Shown here: piece by piece, positions 58,451 through 64,000 of the stretch | How the letters are laid out: every line of letters begins with the position of its first letter | Numbering within the stretch: the stretch's first letter is position 1 | NCBI GenBank assembly: GCA_902595425.1 | Contig: CACJPV010000003.1 | Span: 5,227-69,226, forward strand | Source: an uncultured Alphaproteobacteria bacterium | GTDB taxonomy: Bacteria; Pseudomonadota; Alphaproteobacteria; HIMB59; GCA-002718135 | DNA length: 64,000 nt | Direction: 5' to 3' | Notes under the pieces: generated by a model | What the model was told of the DNA's origin: nothing | The model's database searches: none | What the model saw: only the letters and a program-made list of their open reading frames with translations | Program-made: the position numbers and the translations under genes

Positions 58451-58480
58451 TAATTACGCAGAGTATACTCTGCGTAATTA
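58451..58480 (-). terminator. Perfect 30-bp palindrome (stem-loop) after the binding-protein gene
   Basis: TAATTACGCAGAGTATACTCTGCGTAATTA is its own reverse complement. Confidence 0.75.
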
Positions 58481-58498
58481 TAAATGAAAAGTTAGTAA

Positions 58499-59767
58499 TT
58501 ATTTATAGCGTCTCATTGCTTGTTCAATTCTAGACTCAGCAGACTGCATGACTGATGCAGGATCTCCACCGTTTCTAATATCTTCAAAGCTTGTGTTTAC
58601 AATCTCTTCAAATTCTAAGAAACCAGGTGTTCTACCTCTTGTAGCACAATGATTTGCAGATTCATAAGTTGCTAATTTCATAGCTGTATCTGGAAAGTTG
58701 TTAAACTTTGGATCTTCTGCAACATGAAGAACCCCAGACATATGCGCAGGTAAAGAATTATGTTTATCCACGTATGCAAGTGCAACTTCAGGGCTTGCTG
58801 TTAAATATCTAACAAGCTTTGCAGAAGCATCTTTGTGTTTGGAATAATTCCAAACTCCCATATGCCAACTGTTACAACCTGTGACTACATCACCACCGTC
58901 AAAATAAGGATGTAAAGCTAAACCAAAGCTCAAATCAGAGTCTTTCCAACGTCCAACATTCCAAGAACCTCCAATAAACATACCTATTTTGCCAGCACCA
59001 AACATTTCATGAGTTTGATCTGGATTAGCTCCTTTAGGTGCTACATTCCAAGTATTATGAATATCATAATACCATTGAGCTGCTTTCATCCATCCATCGT
59101 TTGTAAGACAACCTTTAACAGATAATCCACCTTCACAAACACCAGATCCACCACCTAGAGATTCTGGCAAAGCTTGAAGTTGATAATATCGACTGATTTG
59201 ATCAAATATCATACCCCAAGTTCCGCTTCCTTCATCATTGATTTTTTTTGCACAATCAACAACTTCAGCCCAAGTAATTCTCTCTGATTCTATTGCAGAT
59301 GGTTCAGCACAACCTGCTTTAGCAAGAAGATCTTTGTTATAATATAAAATTTGTCCTGAGTTGTTTAAAGGTGGTGCATACATTTCACCATTCCAGGATG
59401 CAGCAGCTATACCTGCTGGTGCAAAAATTTCATTAACATTTGTATCAGAAAAGTATGAGTCCATAGATGCTATCATACCTCTTACAGCATATGATGGCAC
59501 TAATGGAGCATCAACAAAGACAACATCGACATCATCAGCCTTCGCATTTCCTCTAACTTCTAAAGTTGCTAGAAGATCTCTAAAGGGGAAAGTTTGTATA
59601 TCGACTTCAATTCCAGTTTCTGCTGTAAATTTTTCAACAAAAGGTGTTAAGGGCTCCTCTGCCCAAGTTCCAATTACTAAAGCAATTTTTTCTGCTGCCT
59701 TTGCAGAAAATGAAACACTCGCAAATAGCAAAAAGACACTAAAAAAAGAAATGATTTTTTTTATCAT
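58499..59767 (-). CDS. Carbohydrate ABC transporter substrate-binding protein
   Basis: Signal peptide, GGAGG SD, KFTAETGIEV, LYYNKDLL.KAG, F..GKIGM.IGGSW. Confidence 0.88.
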   Translation of the reverse strand: MIKKIISFFSVFLLFASVSFSAKAAEKIALVIGTWAEEPLTPFVEKFTAETGIEVDIQTFPFRDLLATLEVRGNAKADDVDVVFVDAPLVPSYAVRGMIASMDSYFSDTNVNEIFAPAGIAAASWNGEMYAPPLNNSGQILYYNKDLLAKAGCAEPSAIESERITWAEVVDCAKKINDEGSGTWGMIFDQISRYYQLQALPESLGGGSGVCEGGLSVKGCLTNDGWMKAAQWYYDIHNTWNVAPKGANPDQTHEMFGAGKIGMFIGGSWNVGRWKDSDLSFGLALHPYFDGGDVVTGCNSWHMGVWNYSKHKDASAKLVRYLTASPEVALAYVDKHNSLPAHMSGVLHVAEDPKFNNFPDTAMKLATYESANHCATRGRTPGFLEFEEIVNTSFEDIRNGGDPASVMQSAESRIEQAMRRYK

Positions 59768-59917
59768 TATACCTCCTAATTATTATTTTAATTAGGATAA
59801 AAATAAAACAATACATTACTATAGATAAAATATCATTTGTGTGATGACTTAAAATCACTGGATGAGATAAAATATTAATTTATTGTGAATTTAATATCAA
59901 ACAAATATATTTTTTTT

Positions 59918-60865
59918 ATGGCATATTTTGAAAAAGGTTTTCATGTATCAAAAGATGATACAAAAATTCTAAATTTACTAAAACCTAGGAACGGTGTTGT
60001 GAGAGCCGTACTAGATACTGATACTTATAATGAAATTGATGATCAGTTCGCATTAGTGCAAATGATGTTATCAAAAGAAAGAATTAAAGTAGAAGGTATT
60101 TACGCAGCGCCATTTTCTATGAATGAAAGAGCAGATAATCCAGAAAAAGGAATGGAATTAAGCTATGATGAAATTTTACGACTTTTAGAAAGAATAAATG
60201 TTTCTCATGAAAACTTTGTATTTAAAGGCGTCAGAGAATACATAGGATCAAATAAAAAAGTTGTCGAAGCCCCAGCGGTTGATGAATTAATAAAGAAAGC
60301 TCACGAGGGTTCTGAGAACAATCCTTTATATGTCATTGCGATTGGTGCAATTAGTAATGTTGCTTCAGCTTTAATAAAAGATCCAACTATAAAAGAAAAA
60401 ATAGTAGTTATCTGGTTAGGTGGAAATGCACTTTATTGGCCACACTCATATGATTTTAATTTAAAACAAGATGTTGGAGGTGCACAAATATTATTTGATT
60501 GTGGCGTGCCTCTTGTAATGGTGCCTTGTGCGGGAGTCACTACACATCTCACAACTACTGTTCCTGAAGTTGAAAAATATATTGAGCCACATGGTGAAAT
60601 TGGAAAATTTTTGGCAATGCGTTTTAAAGAATATAGTGATGATCACAAAGGCTGGTCAAAAGAGTTATGGGATATGGCTGCTGTTGCTTGGTTAATAAAT
60701 GAAGAATGGACACCAACTAACATAATTCCATCACCAATTTTATCTGATAATATGACATGGAGTGTTGATCATCGAAGACATTCAATAAAAATTGTTACTA
60801 TGTTAAATCGCGATGAAATTATAAAAGATTTTATTTTTAAATTAGAAGAATTTAATAAAAATTAA
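59918..60865 (+). CDS. Nucleoside hydrolase (IUNH family; start likely ATG 59918)
   Basis: DTDTYNEIDDQFAL Ca-binding motif, AIGAISNVA, WLGG, FNLKQD, LWDMAAVA. Confidence 0.88.
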   Translation: MAYFEKGFHVSKDDTKILNLLKPRNGVVRAVLDTDTYNEIDDQFALVQMMLSKERIKVEGIYAAPFSMNERADNPEKGMELSYDEILRLLERINVSHENFVFKGVREYIGSNKKVVEAPAVDELIKKAHEGSENNPLYVIAIGAISNVASALIKDPTIKEKIVVIWLGGNALYWPHSYDFNLKQDVGGAQILFDCGVPLVMVPCAGVTTHLTTTVPEVEKYIEPHGEIGKFLAMRFKEYSDDHKGWSKELWDMAAVAWLINEEWTPTNIIPSPILSDNMTWSVDHRRHSIKIVTMLNRDEIIKDFIFKLEEFNKN

Positions 60866-62133
60866 AAATTTACGTTCTCACTATCTAGTTTAATTGCAGT
60901 TTCAATTAAATTTGAAATATTTTTGAATTTATGAAAATTGGTTTGCATTTCTATCCCAAGATTAGTGCATTTATGTTCACAAATTGCTCTATCTTTTGGA
61001 TCTTTTATCCAGTCAAAATCTATATTATGAGCAAAACCAAAAATTCTTCTAATAATTTTTGCACCAGCAAAACCTAATGAATCGTTATAAATATTTTGTA
61101 AATAATTTATTTGTTCATTTTTGATAATATTTTTATTATCAAACATTTTAAAGGGATAAGCATCCCCTTGAGGGTATTCATCCCATAAATTAGAAAATTT
61201 ATTTTCAAATTTATTCCAAATCTCAATAATCAAATTCAAAATCCATTTTTTAAAATATTTTCTGTCACCTGGATTTTTCTCATGGCCATTTTGAGAGAAA
61301 TAATTCATCAATAAATTTGCTATTAGTGCACCTATATCAAAGCCCATTGGCCCATAAAAAGCAAATTCTGGATCTATAACTTTAGTATCATTTTCTGAAA
61401 CCATTATAGATCCAGTGTGAAGATCCCCATGAAGCAATGACTGAGTTTCAGTCATAAACTTTATTTTCAATCGACTTACTGCAATTTTAAGATCATTATT
61501 ATTCTCTATTTCTTTTTTTTGCTTATCAAGGTATGGAGAAGTCCATCTGTTATTTTTGTTGTACATATATGGATCAGTAAAAATTAAATCTTCAGTAATT
61601 TTACAGAGCTCTGTGTTCAGAATAAATTTAGTATTTAGTTCTTTTTTTTGATGAGCTTTTAAATATAAATCTGAAGTAAAAAATAATGTTTTAGCCATAA
61701 AAGTTGATATATCCTCAGCAAACTTTTCATATGTAATTCCATTAATGAGTCCATGACGCATAATTATATGCGGAGACAATTTTTCCATAGTTATAGTGCA
61801 TAACTCAGAGTCAAAATCATAAATTTTTGGCATCAATTCTGAGACATGTTCTGAATGAGTTTTCATATACTCTGCTTCATAATAAGATCTTTTTAGAGTT
61901 AATGGCCAATCCTTAAGCACTCTAAGATATGGAAGTGGTTGCTTAATACAAATTGAATTTTTTTTAGATTCTACAAAAAATACTAAATTCAAATTTCCAT
62001 CACCAACTTCTTTAACTTCTATTTCATTAGTATCTCCAATTATATTTTTGATTTTTTCACTTTTTTCAATAAAATTTTTTATTGTTGAGACCTCTAGAGG
62101 TGTATAGTTTTTTGGCCTGAAGTTAGAACTCAT
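60862..62133 (-). CDS. mtnK: S-methyl-5-thioribose kinase
   Basis: EVGDGNLNLVF, KQPLPYLR, ELCKITEDLIFTDPY, LLHGDLHTGSIMV, IDPEFAFYGPMGFDIG. Confidence 0.92.
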   Translation of the reverse strand: MSSNFRPKNYTPLEVSTIKNFIEKSEKIKNIIGDTNEIEVKEVGDGNLNLVFFVESKKNSICIKQPLPYLRVLKDWPLTLKRSYYEAEYMKTHSEHVSELMPKIYDFDSELCTITMEKLSPHIIMRHGLINGITYEKFAEDISTFMAKTLFFTSDLYLKAHQKKELNTKFILNTELCKITEDLIFTDPYMYNKNNRWTSPYLDKQKKEIENNNDLKIAVSRLKIKFMTETQSLLHGDLHTGSIMVSENDTKVIDPEFAFYGPMGFDIGALIANLLMNYFSQNGHEKNPGDRKYFKKWILNLIIEIWNKFENKFSNLWDEYPQGDAYPFKMFDNKNIIKNEQINYLQNIYNDSLGFAGAKIIRRIFGFAHNIDFDWIKDPKDRAICEHKCTNLGIEMQTNFHKFKNISNLIETAIKLDSENVNF

Positions 62134-62191
62134 ACTTTTTTTTTAAACTATACTTTAATCTTTTCAACTTTTAGCATAAAAAAAGAAAATC

Positions 62192-62266
62192 GGTCTCGTG
62201 GTGAAATGGATATCACACGTGTCTTCGGAACATGGATTTGGGGTTCGAGTCCCTACGAGACCACCA
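62192..62266 (+). tRNA. tRNA-Arg, anticodon UCG
   Basis: Acceptor GGTCTCG/CGAGACC + ACCA, D stem GTGA/TCAC with A20, anticodon stem CGTGT/ACATG with loop CT-TCG-GA, T loop TTCGAGT. Confidence 0.95.
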
Positions 62267-62273
62267 AAAAATT

Positions 62274-62699
62274 ATGAATAGCGCAATATTTAGAAAATTT
62301 GAAAAAAAAGACACAGATGCAATAATTGACTTATGGTCTGTCTGTAACTTAATAGTTCCTTGGAATAATCCAAAAAAAGACATTAATAGAAAGTTATCAA
62401 TTAAAGACGATCTTTTTATTATTGGAGAAGTAAATACTAAGATAATAGCTTCTGCCATGGCGGGCTATGATGGTCATAGGGGGTATATCTATTATTTAGC
62501 AGTTCTTCCAGAATATCAAAAAAAAGGAATAGGCACTTCATTGTTGTCTTTAGTAGAAAAGAAACTCTATAAATTTGGGTGTCCTAAAATTAATTTATTT
62601 GTAAGAAACACAAATATTAAAGTAAAAACTTTTTACAAAATGAATAAATATGAAATGCAAGACTCAGAAATTTATGGAAAAAGATTAATTACTGACTAA
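62274..62699 (+). CDS. GNAT acetyltransferase (YpeA-like); start ATG 62274
   Basis: PWNNP..DI.RK, MAGYDGHRG.IYYLAV.PEYQKKGIG, GCPKINL.VR..N. Confidence 0.88.
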   Translation: MNSAIFRKFEKKDTDAIIDLWSVCNLIVPWNNPKKDINRKLSIKDDLFIIGEVNTKIIASAMAGYDGHRGYIYYLAVLPEYQKKGIGTSLLSLVEKKLYKFGCPKINLFVRNTNIKVKTFYKMNKYEMQDSEIYGKRLITD

Positions 62700-63491
62700 T
62701 TAGTAATTAAATTTAGTTATTATTTTTTTACAATAATTATTTATTAAAGATGTTTCTTCGCTAGACAGTTCCCTTTTATATGATCCAATTTTAATCGAAG
62801 ATGGTTTTTGGTTCCATAAATCTGAGTGAAAAGGATTTTTAGATGGCTCTAAAAATTTTGGAGCTCTATCCCATAAATTTTCTATATCTTTAAAAGTGTA
62901 ATCAAGGCTCAGATTTTTGAAAACTGAATTAAGAACTTCTAATGTGTTTAATATTAAGTCTTCATATTTAATGAAAATGATGTTTGAATGCTCTTGAGAG
63001 CTTTCATTTTGAAGGACAAATTCATAATGAGAATTTATAAATGCGCATAAAGAATTCATATCTCTTGGATAATTAGGTCTAATACCTAAATTAATTTGTT
63101 TTTTTGAAACATTGAGCATTGAAGATATAATATCCTTCGGATCTCTGACAATGAATATCAAATGTGCTGAGGGGAGTATTTTTAAAATATAATTAGTTTC
63201 ACTAGAAAACATAATACTTTTTAAACATAGATTCTTTACATGATAACGATTAAATAATTTTTTTAAATATTCGTTAATTATATTTGTATAAAAATTAATT
63301 GCGTCTTCATTATCCTGAAAATGCATAAAGTTTTCTTTTTGATTTCTAAATAATTGTTTTTTTAATAGTTTGATAACATTTGGAATAAAATGATTTTCCG
63401 TCAATGCCTCATTAAATATTTTTGATGAACAAATAGAATTGTAAAGTAAAGTTGATCCAGATCTTGGTGCGCCACATACTAAAGTTAACAT
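62700..63491 (-). CDS. Sulfotransferase family protein
   Basis: 5'-PSB motif GAPRSGSTLL, 3'-PB motif IVRDPKDIISS, IKYEDL. Confidence 0.8.
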   Translation of the reverse strand: MLTLVCGAPRSGSTLLYNSICSSKIFNEALTENHFIPNVIKLLKKQLFRNQKENFMHFQDNEDAINFYTNIINEYLKKLFNRYHVKNLCLKSIMFSSETNYILKILPSAHLIFIVRDPKDIISSMLNVSKKQINLGIRPNYPRDMNSLCAFINSHYEFVLQNESSQEHSNIIFIKYEDLILNTLEVLNSVFKNLSLDYTFKDIENLWDRAPKFLEPSKNPFHSDLWNQKPSSIKIGSYKRELSSEETSLINNYCKKIITKFNY

Positions 63492-63528
63492 TTTGTTGTA
63501 ACCAATTTAAATTATAAATTTTTTCTTA

Positions 63529-64000
63529 TTATAAATAAGAATGATATTTCTGCACTAAAATTTCAGCTATTTGGACGGCATTAAGTGCTGCTCCTTTTCT
63601 AAGATTATCTGCCACAACCCAAATATTTAAACCATTTTCGACTGAATAGTCATTACGAATTCTGCTAACATACACCTTGTCTTCTCCAGCTATCTCAACA
63701 GGAGTAATATATCCTTCATCTTTTCTATAGTCTATTACAGAAACTCCATCAAAATTTTTCAAAAGTTCAGTTGCATCTTTGTCACTTAATGGCGAATCAA
63801 ACTCAATATTAATTGACTCTGCATGACCTATAAATACAGGCACTCTAACACATGTAGCTGACAATTTAATTCCCTCATCTATAATTTTTTTTGTTTCATT
63901 AACCATCTTCTCTTCTTCTTTTGTATTTCCATTTTCAACAAAACTATCAATATGCGGTATGACATTAAATGCTATTTGTTTGGTAAATTTATTTTTTTCA
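63529..64000 (-). CDS. asd: Aspartate-semialdehyde dehydrogenase, C-terminal part (5' end outside the window)
   Basis: Frame open to the window edge: QIAFNVIPHID…TKEEEKMVNETKKI, ATCVRVPVFIGHAES, WVVADNLRKGAALNAVQIAE. Confidence 0.95.
   Translation of the reverse strand, partial: EKNKFTKQIAFNVIPHIDSFVENGNTKEEEKMVNETKKIIDEGIKLSATCVRVPVFIGHAESINIEFDSPLSDKDATELLKNFDGVSVIDYRKDEGYITPVEIAGEDKVYVSRIRNDYSVENGLNIWVVADNLRKGAALNAVQIAEILVQKYHSYL

Noticed and set aside
62213-62458. 81-aa minus-strand ORF and the GNAT N-terminal extension from 62232
   Set aside because: Both overlap the tRNA-Arg gene; WWSRRDSNP is the typical antisense-tRNA artefact

Overview
AT-rich, gene-dense 64 kb chromosomal segment from a streamlined marine-type Alphaproteobacterium (SAR11/HIMB59-like by composition, very short intergenic spacers and gene content; inference). 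It is mostly core genes: argH-lipoprotein-lysA, chorismate mutase::hisC-tyrC, SAM-II riboswitch-metX-metW-gloB, rplU-rpmA-obgE-proBA-nadD-rsfS-ctpA-rppH, atpHAGDC, priA, transaldolase, sdhCDAB-mdh-sucCDAB-lpdA, tRNA-Arg(UCG) and a partial asd. Three accessory modules are interspersed: fadN-like/dmdB-like/metY/hydrolase (organosulfur), a ydcSTUV-patD polyamine-type operon, and a sugar-type ABC transporter with nucleoside hydrolase and methylthioribose kinase. I found no CRISPR array, transposase, integrase or prophage gene. The most notable signals missing from the ORF track are a 139-nt GC-enriched rod-shaped ncRNA candidate (6S/IMES-like) upstream of sdhC with a DnaA-box pair beside it, an apparent AUU start for rsfS, and two small ORFs (59 and 46 aa). 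Also notable are the chorismate mutase-aminotransferase fusion and a candidate methylthioadenosine/5'-deoxyadenosine scavenging system. Family assignments come from motif recognition, not database searches.
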